Assembly (NCBI GenBank): GCA_963710755.1
Contig: CAVQBK010000004.1
Coordinates: 160,001 to 224,000, forward strand
DNA from: an uncultured bacterium
GTDB lineage: Bacteria > Oederibacteriota > JAAXVQ01 > JAUVAV01
Reading direction: 5' to 3'
DNA length: 64,000 nucleotides
In this document: one piece after another, positions 40,101 to 48,937 of the stretch
How the letters are laid out: each line of letters begins with the position of its first letter
Numbering within the stretch: the first letter of the stretch is position 1
Notes under the pieces: generated by a model
The model's input: the letters and a program-made list of their open reading frames with translations, nothing else
What the model was told of the DNA's origin: nothing
Databases searched by the model: none
Program-made: the position numbers and the translations under genes

Positions 40101-40500
40101 AGACCTGCTTTTTCATGGTCCGGCTTTTCATGTTATCCGTGAACTCCTGGGTCAAGGGGAAAAGATTTGCTCAGCAGCCTTGGAACCATGCCAGCCTCTC
40201 CCAGGCCAAGCCTCCTGGCTTACACCAGTGGCTCTCCTTGATGGAGGTCTGCAAGTGGGGTTGTTGGCTTTGCATCGGCTGACCGGACAACTACAGCTGC
40301 CTCTGGGATTGGGACGATTGGTGTTTTACGAGCCCAGCCACCAGTGGACGGCCTGCCGTTGTGATCTTACCATCCATCAGGCAGACCAGCAGCAAGGGAC
40401 TCTGTCAATGGCTTTTGTGGATGCCCAGGGCAACCTGCTGGCTGGCATGGAGCAGGTACGTTTTTATAAATATCATCCAACAGAAGGAAAGCGTTCGTGA
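34165..40500 (+). CDS. pfaA: PfaA-like iterative type I PKS/PUFA synthase (KS-MAT-ACPx3-KR-DH)
   Basis: KS DAACASS/EAHGTGT/GHTKSAAG; AT GHSYGE and AAFHS (malonyl); three LGIDSIKRVEI ACPs; KR VSGGARGVT...DYAIAN; C-terminal DH DHVINHRPVVP. ATG 34165 after GGAGG. Confidence 0.93.
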   Translation: MEKAVHQLEAPIAVVGLSALFPGSQEVAGFWADIVTGKNMITQVPPTHWLVDDYYDPSPGQEGKVYAKTGAFLQDVDFDPLTFGIPPKLLSSIDTVQLLALLGAQQLLDRLPSMQKQLLDRSKTSVILGVAAGTELISEMAAKIQYPIWVKVLREKGLPETQVQDICRSISSHYVPWDENTFPGLLANVVAGRIANRLNLGGTNCTVDAACASSLAAVAMAVQELRLGHTDLAITGGCDALNDIFMYMCFSQTHALSRSGDCRPFSDQADGTVLGEGLGLLGLRRLQDAERDQDPILAVIHGIGSASDGKAKSIYAPVASGQALAIKRAYERSPYNLKEVELIEAHGTGTAAGDVAEVEGLQLAFRDSGAKPQPYCALGSVKSQMGHTKSAAGAAGLIKAILSLHHKILPPTIKITKPNPTLNLEQSPLYLNTEARPWIHMPQSTRKAGVSAFGFGGSNFHITMEEYKGPHQADRFYSAPVSLVLLSADNQQALEERLRQLLQDLEQMTLTYLAKTSQLNFRAQQPLRLALLMKDAHVGRSLAQQCLQKINQAPSEAFSLAGQAYFQTTATMPKIALLFPGQGSQYVGMTKDLCLAFDAARSIWDQSLAWQAADAEPALHEVVFPKPVFDDQARQAQAETLKQPQWAQPALGAVALCYWTLLQQLGIKPAAVAGHSYGELPALFAAGAIPSSQMLLTISRKRGQLMHDASHSSGGMTAVAAGMSQVQDLLRRHNLDLTIANINSPRQVVLSGPLATLEALEKQLQAQGLVFKRLPVAAAFHSPKLETVVPAFEEVLKMQTLKSPSCPVMANSTAAPYPTQAAQVRSQLARQLSQPVLFEQQINALYEQHHVRLFLECGPGNVLTGLTRDCLAGKPHMAISLDGGRRVNGVTAFWDGLAQLAAAGVSLTFNPLWANIRVDQKLVKASKTSIKINGANVGKLYPPPGGTSALPLPNQEMQPSLTMAPASPAAMTQPESKSDPAYLAALEAMQQNLLSAQASFQETLKDSHLAFLKMSESMFSDFTGQPSSAPAAGPPAAPAEIAAAPPTSAKKVAAPESPRPAARPASSTVLTAPAQDMSKIILSVVAEKTGYPEEMLTLDQDLESGLGIDSIKRVEIVSALQAAIPALAQAQPETLAGMRTLGDILNYLNQHQQAAVPAAPAPSPQQDSRQVILSIVAEKTGYPEEMLTLDQDLESGLGIDSIKRVEIVSALQAAIPALAQAQPETLAGMRTLGDILNYLNQHQQAAVPAALVPSPQQDSRQVILSIVAEKTGYPEEMLTLDQDLESGLGIDSIKRVEIVSALQAAIPALAQAQPEMLAGMRSLGDIVAFLGAAPSAPTIPEPKVPFTQEQNVNNNKPVVLERYVVKARTATSSGLGLKGLAPGQQLWLIPDNHGIAEALAQRLRDSGLNVKISLSLPQEANAVIYLPGLNRLKGEDSVENARRILKEAFQVARQMAQANPALLVVAYDGRIDQDYGQAMVSGLGALVATAGWEWPETALKSMALHWQPGEIRTAAETLFQELINGASDQEVLLDNHLDRRLVEMKKKARSSRHQPLKSGDVVVVSGGARGVTAACLLALAKEVDIKIALLGRTALQTQWAELDGLNSEPELKQALLRRQKQDGRTLSVLELEKETKAVLANREIHQTLAALQALGREVDYFQVDIKNRQEVAHCLQTVRAKWGAVNVLIHGAGVLADKTIAAKSDDQFDQVVDTKVMGLLHLLDATREDNLSHLCCFSSIAGRLGNAGQVDYAIANRALNALCLQEKARRQGRCVVKAIGWGPWEGGMVTPALQAYFQQQGLGLIPLEAGSAAFVEELTEADPESVDVLIGVAMTAWQQGHRKNQAQAGWSLWLQAGQQPLMLDHVINHRPVVPMMLAVEWCARAAAGRYPEKVLTQVESLQVLKGLRPDHFNDQGTWLELSCRDVQHEAAVQMQFTLSDQAGRPAYVMTLHLEDRYPASAAPVPLSDLEPWPMTDVYGDLLFHGPAFHVIRELLGQGEKICSAALEPCQPLPGQASWLTPVALLDGGLQVGLLALHRLTGQLQLPLGLGRLVFYEPSHQWTACRCDLTIHQADQQQGTLSMAFVDAQGNLLAGMEQVRFYKYHPTEGKRS
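37417..38140 (+). repeat. Three near-identical 273-bp ACP-encoding tandem units in pfaA
   Basis: GTGGCGGAGAAAACAGGGTACCCGGAAGAGATG recurs at 37417, 37690 and 37963. Confidence 0.92.
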
Positions 40501-43500
40501 GCTCCTGGGAACCGATTGCCATCATTGGACAAGGTTGTCTGCTGCCGGGATGTTTTAGTCCGGAAGCGTTATGGACAACAGTGGCCCAAGGCCAAGTAAA
40601 CCTGACACCTATGCCGGAAGGGGATTGGTCAATCAGCGGTTCTTCAGGCAACAGGCCAAGCTGGTTTCAAAAAATACCCAGACTCGGTGGGCATATTGAG
40701 GGGTTTGCAGATCATTTCAATCCCCAAGATTATGCCCTCGACCCGGCACTTACAGCAGCCTTGGATCCCTTGTTCCAATGGACGCTGGCAGTGGTGCGCC
40801 AGGCGCTGGCCTCGGCCGGTGAAGCCAACCAACGCTATTTAAAAGATACGGGACTATATTTGGGTAATTTATCGTACCCCACGATGGCGTTTCGCCGGTA
40901 TTTTGAAGAGACCTATGAGGAGGCGCTTTTTCCCGGCAGCGCCCATGGCCCTGCCAAGACGCATGCCCTCAACCGGTTTATGTCCGGCGGACCGGCTCTG
41001 CTCGTTAAGCAGGTGTTTGGCTTGGGATTGGAGGCTGTGGCCTTGGATGCAGCCTGTGCCTCCAGTTTGTATGCGCTTAAATTTGCCTGCGACCAATTAC
41101 AAAATCAAAGCGCTAAAATGATGCTGGCGGCCGGCATCAATGGCGTAGAACCCTTTTTCCTGCAAGCTGGGTTTGCTTCGGTGAAGGCCGTCAGTCCCAG
41201 TGGACAGAGCCGTCCTTTTCACCGTGAAGCCGACGGTCTGATACCGGCCAATGGCGCGGCCTGCGTGGTGCTCAAACGGATGAGCGATGCGGTTCGCGAT
41301 CAGGATACGATCATGGGGGTTATTCAAGGGCTGGGGTTGTCCAATGACGGACACAGCAGAAGTTTTCTCTTACCAGGCAGTGCCGGGCAGGTACGTTGTA
41401 TGCAGGCTGCTTTTGATCAGGCCGGCATAAGCCCGGCAGAGATTGGTTATGTGGAATGTCATGCCACCGGCACGGCCAGTGGAGACCAAACTGAGATCAG
41501 AAGCATGGCCCGTATCTTTAACGGGGTAAATCAATTGACCATTGGTTCTTTAAAGGCCAACCTGGGTCATTTGATTACAGCTTCCGGGCTGGCCGGGCTG
41601 ATCAAAGTACTGGCGGCCATGCACCATGAGCTTCTGCCGGCGACGCCCAATGCTTTTCCAGTCATGCCGGAGTTGGAGCAGACACCTTTTCATGTGCTGG
41701 AAAAATCCGAGCCGTGGCGGGCCAAAAGCAGGTTGGCTTGTATAAGCAACTTTGGATTTGGCGGCAATAATGCCCACGTGATTGTGAGCCAATACCATCC
41801 TGCCCACCGCAAACCCAAAGCCTCCAAGCCTGCGGTCAAACCCAAGGCCGTGGCTGTGGTGGGTCTGGCGGTTCGCGCACGCCAACTCAGCAGCCGGGCT
41901 GATCTGCTGGAGTTTTTATTAACCAACCAGACCAATCCCGCAGAGACTCTGGAGTCCATGAATTTGCCTGCAACTGAATTGACTTCCCCGCCCAAGGATC
42001 TGGAGCAAGCCCTGGGTCAGCAATTGCTTCTGCTCGATTTAGCGCGAAAAGCTTTGCAATCAGTGACCACCATCGATGCCAGTGCCACCGGGGTTTTTAT
42101 AGGCATGGGCATTGATGCAGAGGTCAATCGTTTTGGGCTGAACTGGCGGCTGCCAACCCTGTTGACCCAATGGGGCGTCTCGCTAAAGAATCAAGAGCAA
42201 TCGTTAAAGACGGCTATTGGGCCGGAGCTGACCGCCGCCGGTTTGGTGGGGACCATGCCCAATATTCCGGCCAACCGCCTTAACCACCATTTTGATTTTC
42301 AGGGGCCGGGGTTGACTATTGCCTGCGAGGAGCTTTCCGGCGACCATGCTTTGGCCTTGGCAGCCCAAGCCATTGGCCAGGGCGAACTGCGTGCTGCATT
42401 GGTGGGCGCTGTGGATTTTTCCCAGGAGAAGATGCATGACCGTGCCGCCCGTAACCTGGGCCTGCTTAAGACCGGGCAAACAGGTCTGGATGGCGGAGTG
42501 GTGATGGTGCTCAAGAATAAAGAAGACGCTCTGGCTGACGGCGATACCATCCTGGCGACCCTGGAAAAAAGCGCTTCTCCGACGCCTGCGTTAATGATAA
42601 GCAACAGTCCCCAAGCAAGCCCGCTTTTGCCGGGCCTGGGGCACAGCCATGCTGCTTCCGGGTTACTGCATATTGCCGCAGCCATGCTCCTGGCTGCTCA
42701 GCGGGCTACGCCTGGTTCTCATTCCGGGCCTGCCGGCCCTGGGCAGGCCCTGGCTGCAACCCATCAAGTGACCATCCACAATCAATCCTTTTTGGGCAGC
42801 ACCAAGACCACCCACCTGCGCCATGACGCTGTAAGCGACCAGCCACAGCTGAGCCTGCGCGCAGGACCAAAGCTTAGCTTGTATGCTGCGGACGACCGCC
42901 TGGGACTTAGGCGCGCTCTTGAACAAGATCGTCCCCATGGCAAAGGGCCTTGGCGGGTGGCTTTTTTTGGTTCTTCACAGGAAAAAAACACACTCCGGCA
43001 AAAGGCGCTGCAGCACCTGCAGCAGGATAAACCGGCTGAAGGCTGGCACCCTGATGGGTTTGCTTTTGGCAGCGCTGCTGTGCCCGGGGAGCTGGCCTTT
43101 GTCTATACCGGTGCTGCTGCCGCCTATGCGCAAACAGGGCGCAGCCTGTGGATGACCTACCCCGGCTTGGTGCAAGGACTGCTGGATAAAATCAAAGATC
43201 CCCAAAAAGCGCGGCAATGGATTCAAACGGCCTGGACCGATGAGTTTCGTCAACCCTTTCATCAGCTTATCGGTACCACGGTCATGGCTCAGATTCACAC
43301 CCAATGGAGCCGTAAGGTGCTGGGCTTGAAACCCAAAGCCGCTATTGGCTTGTCAGCCGGTGAAACCAACGCGCTTTTGGCTTTTGATTTATGGCAGGAC
43401 ATGGACTTGTTGTTGGAAGAAATTGAAAAGAGCGGCACCTACACCCACGCCCTGGGCGGACCATTTGAAGCTGTGGCCACCTATTGGGGAAGCAATCAGC

Positions 43501-46500
43501 AAGCAACGGTGGCGTGGGAGAATTGGCGTCTCTTCGCTCCCCGCGAAGTGGTGGAAGCAGCCTTGAAACAAGAGCAGCACCTGTATTTAACCATTGTGTA
43601 CACCGACCAGGACTGCATGATCGGCGGCGACGCCCAGGCCTGCCGTCGCGTGGTGGACGTTGTTGGCAAGGATCGCGCCGTGCTGGTAGACAATCAATTT
43701 GCCATTCATTGTCCACCGGTCCAGGCTTTTAGCGAAAGCTGGCGCAAGCTTCACACCCGGCCCATGACACCGGTTAAGGGGATTAAACTTTATTCCAGTT
43801 TTTTTGGGGGTGTCTACGATCCCACGGTGGAGCGTATTGCTCAGGCCTTGACCGGCCAGGCGGTGGGGGTTATCGATTTCCCTAAATTGATCCGTCAGGC
43901 CTGGCAGGATGGTCTGAGGATTTTTGTGGAACACGGCCCCAGAAGTACGCTCACCTCATCCATCAACACCATTCTGAAAGACAAACCCCATCTGGCGCTC
44001 GCTTGGGATAAATATGGTCATGATCCTCTGCACCAACTGTATAAGACAACCTGCGAATTGTGGTGTGCCGGCGTGGAGGTTGCTTGTCCGTTGGATCTGC
44101 AGGCAGCTGGCTCCAATGATCATCAGCCCAGGCTGATGACTTTTAATCTGCACAAACCGGAGATCAGGCTGTCATCAAGCGATTCTGAGCCAATGGCACC
44201 ACCGCCACCGATTCAGGAAATCACCGCTGAGAAAGCGCAGCCCACCGCCCGGAGGCTGCCACCTGCACCCCGCCTGGCCCCGGTGCTTGACATTAAAGAC
44301 GGCCAGGCCGGCGCGGAACCCCGGCCAAGTTCCATAACGCAGGAAGGGCCAGTGCCCGCCAATTTTGCGGAGCCCCGATCCGAGTCCGCCATAGACAGGG
44401 TCAAACGCTTCCATGACCGATTGCTGGAAGCGCAACAAGCCTATCTCAGCCGGCAGGCTGAAGCTTATCAGGCCACCTTGCAGGTCTTGCAAAACCTGGA
44501 GACCACAACACCGGTCAACATCAAGGTGGATCAGCAACCGGAGGCTAAAAGCTCGGACAGTATGCTCCCCACAACCACAGCAGGAATGAGCCAGCCGTCT
44601 GCCTTGGCGGCAGATCAGCATAACCGGACGGCTGAGGTTGGGGCCGGCCGATGCTTCGATCATCAGGCCTTGCTGATCCATAGCGCCGGGAAGATCTCCG
44701 ACCTTTTTGGAGCGCTTTTTCAAAAGCAGGATACCTATGCGGTTCAGGTCCGGCTGCCGGAGCCGCCTTTGCTGCTGGCGGACAGCATTATGGGCCTGGA
44801 AGGAGAGCCGGGCAGCCACGGACAAGGCTCGTTGTGGTCGGAAACAACAGTGCATGCGGACAGCTGGTATTTGCATCATGGCCGTATGCCGGCCGGTATT
44901 TTTGTGGAATCGGGGCAGGCGGATTTGTTTTTGATTTCCTGGCTGGGTGCTGATTTATTAAATCAAGGTGAGCGTGCCTACCGGCTGTTGGGGTGCGAAC
45001 TGACCTACCATGGTGAATTGCCCAAACCGGGCGATGTCTTGCGCTACCACATTACCATTACCGGTTATGCCCAACAGGGCGGTGTACGGTTGTTCTTTTT
45101 TGAAAATGATTGCTGGATCAATGGGGAACGCCGGCTGTCCGTGCGTCACGGCCAGGCCGGCTTTTTTACAGCGCAAGAGTTGCAGGCTTCCGCCGGAGCC
45201 TTGTGGGATCCGGCCGCGGCGCCTTATGCACCACAGGCTAAAATAGAATGGCTTGAGCGCCATACCACCAAGCAGGCTTTTTCAGAGCAGGAGGTGACGG
45301 CCTATACCCAGGGAGATATAGCCGCTTGCTTTGGGGAGGCATTTAAAGATACGGCCACCCACACCCGTACGCCGCGCAGTCAGGAAGGGCGTATGAATTT
45401 TATTGGTGCTGTCACAACCTATGACCTTCACGGCGGCCCGGCCGGACAGGGTTATCTGCGTGCAGAGACGGCCATTGATCCCAAAGCCTGGTATTTTGAT
45501 TGCCACTTTAAAAATGATCCCTGCATGCCCGGCACCTTGATGGCGGAAGCAGGATTGCAATTAATGGCTTTCTATATGACCGGTGCGGGCCTCACGATCA
45601 CCAGGGATGGTTGGCGTTTTGAACCTGCTACCGGGCAATCTTTTAAATTCGTCTGCCGGGGCCAGGTGGTGCCTTCCTCACGGCACATGACTTATGAACT
45701 TTTTGTGGATGAGCTGATCAGCGGTCCTCAGCCCAGCTTGCGGGCCCATTTACTCTGCACGGTGGATGGGGTTAAGGCTTTTTTGTGTGAGCATATGGTT
45801 CTGCGCCTGGTGCCTGATTGGCCGCTGACGTCCATGCCGGACCTGTTGGCTTCATTGGAAAAAGAGCTGGCCTTGCCCTGTGCGGAATTTGAAGGATTCA
45901 CATTTGATCATCGTTCCTTGCTTTATGCCGCCTTGGGCCAACCGTCGCTGGCCTTTGGACCGCGTTATCAGCCCTATGATCATGAAGTGAGGCCCTTGCG
46001 CCTGCCCGGTCCGCCTTTTCATTTCATGAGCCGCATTGTTGAGCTGCAGGCCCAATTCGGCGTCAGCCAGGGGAAGCCTGCCATGGATTGCGACTATGAT
46101 ATTCCGGCTGAAGCCTGGTATCTGAGGGAAAATCCGTCCGGGCTCATGCCTTTCTCGGTGCTCATGGAAATTGGGTTGCAGCCTTGCGGCTGGCTGGCCG
46201 CTTTTACCAATCCGCCGGAAATGATTGGCCGGGAATGGACGATCCGCAATTTGGACGGTACCGCTCGAATCGAGGAGCCTATGGTCAATGTTGGTCAAAC
46301 CATTCATACCCATCTGGTGCTGATCTCCTCCTTCCGGACGGAGGAAGTGATTATCAATAAGTATGAGGTGGAATGCAGGCTGAATGGCAGGATGGTTTTG
46401 CGTATGGATACTGTATTCGGCATTTTTCCACCTCAGGCCATGGGCCGGCAAAAGGGTTTTCCTGTGGAGGACAAGGATAGCCAATGGCAACAAAGCTCAG

Positions 46501-47051
46501 GGCAGGCGCCTGTACGCTTGACTCCGGAAGCTTCGCCCCATCTTTTTCAGGGTACGGCGGCTCTGCCCGCAGGCCGGCTGCTCATGATAGAGCGCATTGT
46601 TCATGACAATCCCCAAGGCGGTGCTTTTGGTCAGGGCCTGCTGGTGGCGGAAAAAAAAGTGGAACCCGGCGATTGGTTTTTTAAAGCCCACTTTTACCAG
46701 GATCCTGTTCAGCCCGGGTCCTTGGGATTGGAGGCCATCATCCAAGTGCTTCAATATTTCCTGCTCAGCCGGCATCACCATGAGGGTATGGTTCAGCCCG
46801 TGTTGGAGCCGGTGGAACTGGGGCAGGAGGTGGAATGGCATTACCGCGGTCAAGTCACACCTGCCTGTAGCCATATCCGGGTGGTGGTGACCATTAAAGA
46901 AACCGGAAAAGATGATCTGGGGCCATGGGTTCACGGCCAAGCCGGCTTATGGGCCGATCAATTGAAAATTTTCAATGTACCTAAGATAAGCATGCGTCTT
47001 CGGGAAAAAGGCAGCTTAGCAACAAGTGCACAAAATAATAGTCATGAATAA
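40497..47051 (+). CDS. pfaC: PfaBC/Pfa3-like PUFA synthase subunit (KS-CLF-AT-FabA-type DH domains)
   Basis: KS DAACASS/ECHATGT; CLF-like second KS fold (CEELSG); AT GLSAGE; FabA-like DHs with HFKNDPCMPG and HFYQDPVQPG plus pseudo-DH domains. GTGA overlap with pfaA. Confidence 0.88.
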   Translation: MSSWEPIAIIGQGCLLPGCFSPEALWTTVAQGQVNLTPMPEGDWSISGSSGNRPSWFQKIPRLGGHIEGFADHFNPQDYALDPALTAALDPLFQWTLAVVRQALASAGEANQRYLKDTGLYLGNLSYPTMAFRRYFEETYEEALFPGSAHGPAKTHALNRFMSGGPALLVKQVFGLGLEAVALDAACASSLYALKFACDQLQNQSAKMMLAAGINGVEPFFLQAGFASVKAVSPSGQSRPFHREADGLIPANGAACVVLKRMSDAVRDQDTIMGVIQGLGLSNDGHSRSFLLPGSAGQVRCMQAAFDQAGISPAEIGYVECHATGTASGDQTEIRSMARIFNGVNQLTIGSLKANLGHLITASGLAGLIKVLAAMHHELLPATPNAFPVMPELEQTPFHVLEKSEPWRAKSRLACISNFGFGGNNAHVIVSQYHPAHRKPKASKPAVKPKAVAVVGLAVRARQLSSRADLLEFLLTNQTNPAETLESMNLPATELTSPPKDLEQALGQQLLLLDLARKALQSVTTIDASATGVFIGMGIDAEVNRFGLNWRLPTLLTQWGVSLKNQEQSLKTAIGPELTAAGLVGTMPNIPANRLNHHFDFQGPGLTIACEELSGDHALALAAQAIGQGELRAALVGAVDFSQEKMHDRAARNLGLLKTGQTGLDGGVVMVLKNKEDALADGDTILATLEKSASPTPALMISNSPQASPLLPGLGHSHAASGLLHIAAAMLLAAQRATPGSHSGPAGPGQALAATHQVTIHNQSFLGSTKTTHLRHDAVSDQPQLSLRAGPKLSLYAADDRLGLRRALEQDRPHGKGPWRVAFFGSSQEKNTLRQKALQHLQQDKPAEGWHPDGFAFGSAAVPGELAFVYTGAAAAYAQTGRSLWMTYPGLVQGLLDKIKDPQKARQWIQTAWTDEFRQPFHQLIGTTVMAQIHTQWSRKVLGLKPKAAIGLSAGETNALLAFDLWQDMDLLLEEIEKSGTYTHALGGPFEAVATYWGSNQQATVAWENWRLFAPREVVEAALKQEQHLYLTIVYTDQDCMIGGDAQACRRVVDVVGKDRAVLVDNQFAIHCPPVQAFSESWRKLHTRPMTPVKGIKLYSSFFGGVYDPTVERIAQALTGQAVGVIDFPKLIRQAWQDGLRIFVEHGPRSTLTSSINTILKDKPHLALAWDKYGHDPLHQLYKTTCELWCAGVEVACPLDLQAAGSNDHQPRLMTFNLHKPEIRLSSSDSEPMAPPPPIQEITAEKAQPTARRLPPAPRLAPVLDIKDGQAGAEPRPSSITQEGPVPANFAEPRSESAIDRVKRFHDRLLEAQQAYLSRQAEAYQATLQVLQNLETTTPVNIKVDQQPEAKSSDSMLPTTTAGMSQPSALAADQHNRTAEVGAGRCFDHQALLIHSAGKISDLFGALFQKQDTYAVQVRLPEPPLLLADSIMGLEGEPGSHGQGSLWSETTVHADSWYLHHGRMPAGIFVESGQADLFLISWLGADLLNQGERAYRLLGCELTYHGELPKPGDVLRYHITITGYAQQGGVRLFFFENDCWINGERRLSVRHGQAGFFTAQELQASAGALWDPAAAPYAPQAKIEWLERHTTKQAFSEQEVTAYTQGDIAACFGEAFKDTATHTRTPRSQEGRMNFIGAVTTYDLHGGPAGQGYLRAETAIDPKAWYFDCHFKNDPCMPGTLMAEAGLQLMAFYMTGAGLTITRDGWRFEPATGQSFKFVCRGQVVPSSRHMTYELFVDELISGPQPSLRAHLLCTVDGVKAFLCEHMVLRLVPDWPLTSMPDLLASLEKELALPCAEFEGFTFDHRSLLYAALGQPSLAFGPRYQPYDHEVRPLRLPGPPFHFMSRIVELQAQFGVSQGKPAMDCDYDIPAEAWYLRENPSGLMPFSVLMEIGLQPCGWLAAFTNPPEMIGREWTIRNLDGTARIEEPMVNVGQTIHTHLVLISSFRTEEVIINKYEVECRLNGRMVLRMDTVFGIFPPQAMGRQKGFPVEDKDSQWQQSSGQAPVRLTPEASPHLFQGTAALPAGRLLMIERIVHDNPQGGAFGQGLLVAEKKVEPGDWFFKAHFYQDPVQPGSLGLEAIIQVLQYFLLSRHHHEGMVQPVLEPVELGQEVEWHYRGQVTPACSHIRVVVTIKETGKDDLGPWVHGQAGLWADQLKIFNVPKISMRLREKGSLATSAQNNSHE

Positions 47052-47199
47052 ATGCATCATCAAGAAAAAGATAACTAAACCCTGGTTTTAAAGGAAAAAT
47101 AAATTATAAAATGTTAATAAAATTAAACATTGACATTGATAGATATAGGTAAAAGTGCGATACTAACCAGAACACCGGTATTAGAAGGGGGATGAACCC

Positions 47200-47580
47200 A
47201 TGCATCGTGTTTTAATTATTGATGATCATGATTTTGTTCTGGAAAGTCTCAAATATGGTTTGGAAGATGATTTTATCGTAAAAACTTCCAATGACAGTAA
47301 ATTGGGCATTGAGAAGGCCAAAACCTTCAAACCCGATGTGGTGATGGTGGATTTTAAGATGGAAGGCCTTAATGGCCTGGAGGTTACCGAGCAATTAATG
47401 AGCGATCCCCGGCCGCCGGCTGTAATCATGTTCAGCGCCTGCATGGATGACCGTCTGGAAAAGCAGGCCCTGGCCAAGGGCGCCATTGACTGCATGAGCA
47501 AACCCTTTGACCTGTTTGCTTTAAGAGCTAAACTGCAACAGCTGGTGCAGGAAAATGGCTTTGATGAAACGTTGAATTAA
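47200..47580 (+). CDS. Single-domain response regulator (receiver)
   Basis: VLIIDD...PDVVMVDFKM..LNGLE...VIMFSA...GA.DCMSKPF. Confidence 0.92.
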   Translation: MHRVLIIDDHDFVLESLKYGLEDDFIVKTSNDSKLGIEKAKTFKPDVVMVDFKMEGLNGLEVTEQLMSDPRPPAVIMFSACMDDRLEKQALAKGAIDCMSKPFDLFALRAKLQQLVQENGFDETLN

Positions 47581-47617
47581 GTCTTCTTGTCGAATCCAAG
47601 ACCAGTATGGTTGTTCA

Positions 47618-48937
47618 TTAAGCAGTTTGATTTCCTGCCAACTGATTGACCCTCGCCACCTCGGCGCGCAGGCGCTGCAGGCTCTCCCAATGAAACTCAG
47701 TAAACCGGCTGGCATAAACCGTGTTATTCGTCAACAGGGGATCCACGGCAGGATCAAGAACTCTGCGTTCCACCAAGGTCTGCCAGGTACTGGTGCCCGG
47801 CAAAGGTGAAAGCTCGGTGAGATGAATGCGGACATCCAGGCCCGTCAGAAACTGAACCCCTGCCCAAACTTCCTCCCAGGGCTGATCAGGCAAGCCCAAC
47901 ATCAGATAAACGCCCAGCTGAGACTTCTTAAAGCCCGCACTTTGCAAATTTTCTATGGCGTGTGCCAAACGGTCATTGCTGATTTTATTGCCGGTCTCAA
48001 CTTGTCTGGCGGCATTGATCGTCTCCAGACTAAGCCGGATGGTTTGGAAATTGGCCCGTTTCATTAAACGTGCGGTTGGCAGAGTCATGTACCGGGCATG
48101 GAGTCCATTGGGGGTATGAAAACGCACTTGGCGGTTTTCCTTCAGCGCTGCCAGCAGGGGATGGATATGATCTTCTGCGCGATACAACAGGGCATCGTCA
48201 TAAAAAGCGAAATCGCTTACCCCGCGTGTTGCCAGGGTTTTGATCTCAGAGACCACCCGTTCCGCCGGCACTTGGGAGAAGGAAGGATGCAAAAGGGAAC
48301 AGGCGCAATAGGGACATCGATAGGGGCAGCCGTTGGAGGTTAACAAGGGCGCGTAGGGCAGGTGGTTATAGAAACCAAGGTCAAACCAGGGCCGGCGCGG
48401 GCCGGCATTAGCGAGATGGACGCCAAAAGAGTGCAAAACCCGTTTTAACTCATCGTTGGCCTCGCCCGTATAGACAGCATCAGCTTGGGTGGTCCGGCGG
48501 GCGTGGTCAGGAAAAAGCTGCGCATAAATGCCGCCCAGAATGACAGGGATATCAGGATAAATTTGTTTGCACAGCGCAATGGCTTTGGCCACACCGGGAT
48601 ACCAGTAGGTCATGATGGAGGTCACCAAAATGGCATCAGGCCGAAAGGTATGAAGCTGCTGCAAGAACGCTTCCTCGGTGATGCCGTACTGGTAATAGGT
48701 GCGGGGGAAACCGTTTAATTGGTCGGGTGTGGGAAGTTCTTTCTTGGGATAGCGGTAAAGGTACTTGCGGTCAGGGGCGTAGTCATCAAGACAATCAATC
48801 ATGGTCAGGCGGCAGTCAAATTGGGACAAGTACTCCGCTACTTTCAACAGCCCCAGGGGCTTGGCCCACATGTTGAGGGCTGCAAAATCATGGATCCAGG
48901 GATTGAGCAGCAGCAGGCGCGGCGGGTTCAATACCAT
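47618..48937 (-). CDS. B12-binding radical SAM protein
   Basis: LLLNPWIHDF...KPLGLL...PDAILVTSIMTYWYPG...VILGGIYA (B12 domain); TSNGCPYRCPYC; FYDDALL; HTPNGLH. Confidence 0.88.
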   Translation of the reverse strand: MVLNPPRLLLLNPWIHDFAALNMWAKPLGLLKVAEYLSQFDCRLTMIDCLDDYAPDRKYLYRYPKKELPTPDQLNGFPRTYYQYGITEEAFLQQLHTFRPDAILVTSIMTYWYPGVAKAIALCKQIYPDIPVILGGIYAQLFPDHARRTTQADAVYTGEANDELKRVLHSFGVHLANAGPRRPWFDLGFYNHLPYAPLLTSNGCPYRCPYCACSLLHPSFSQVPAERVVSEIKTLATRGVSDFAFYDDALLYRAEDHIHPLLAALKENRQVRFHTPNGLHARYMTLPTARLMKRANFQTIRLSLETINAARQVETGNKISNDRLAHAIENLQSAGFKKSQLGVYLMLGLPDQPWEEVWAGVQFLTGLDVRIHLTELSPLPGTSTWQTLVERRVLDPAVDPLLTNNTVYASRFTEFHWESLQRLRAEVARVNQLAGNQTA

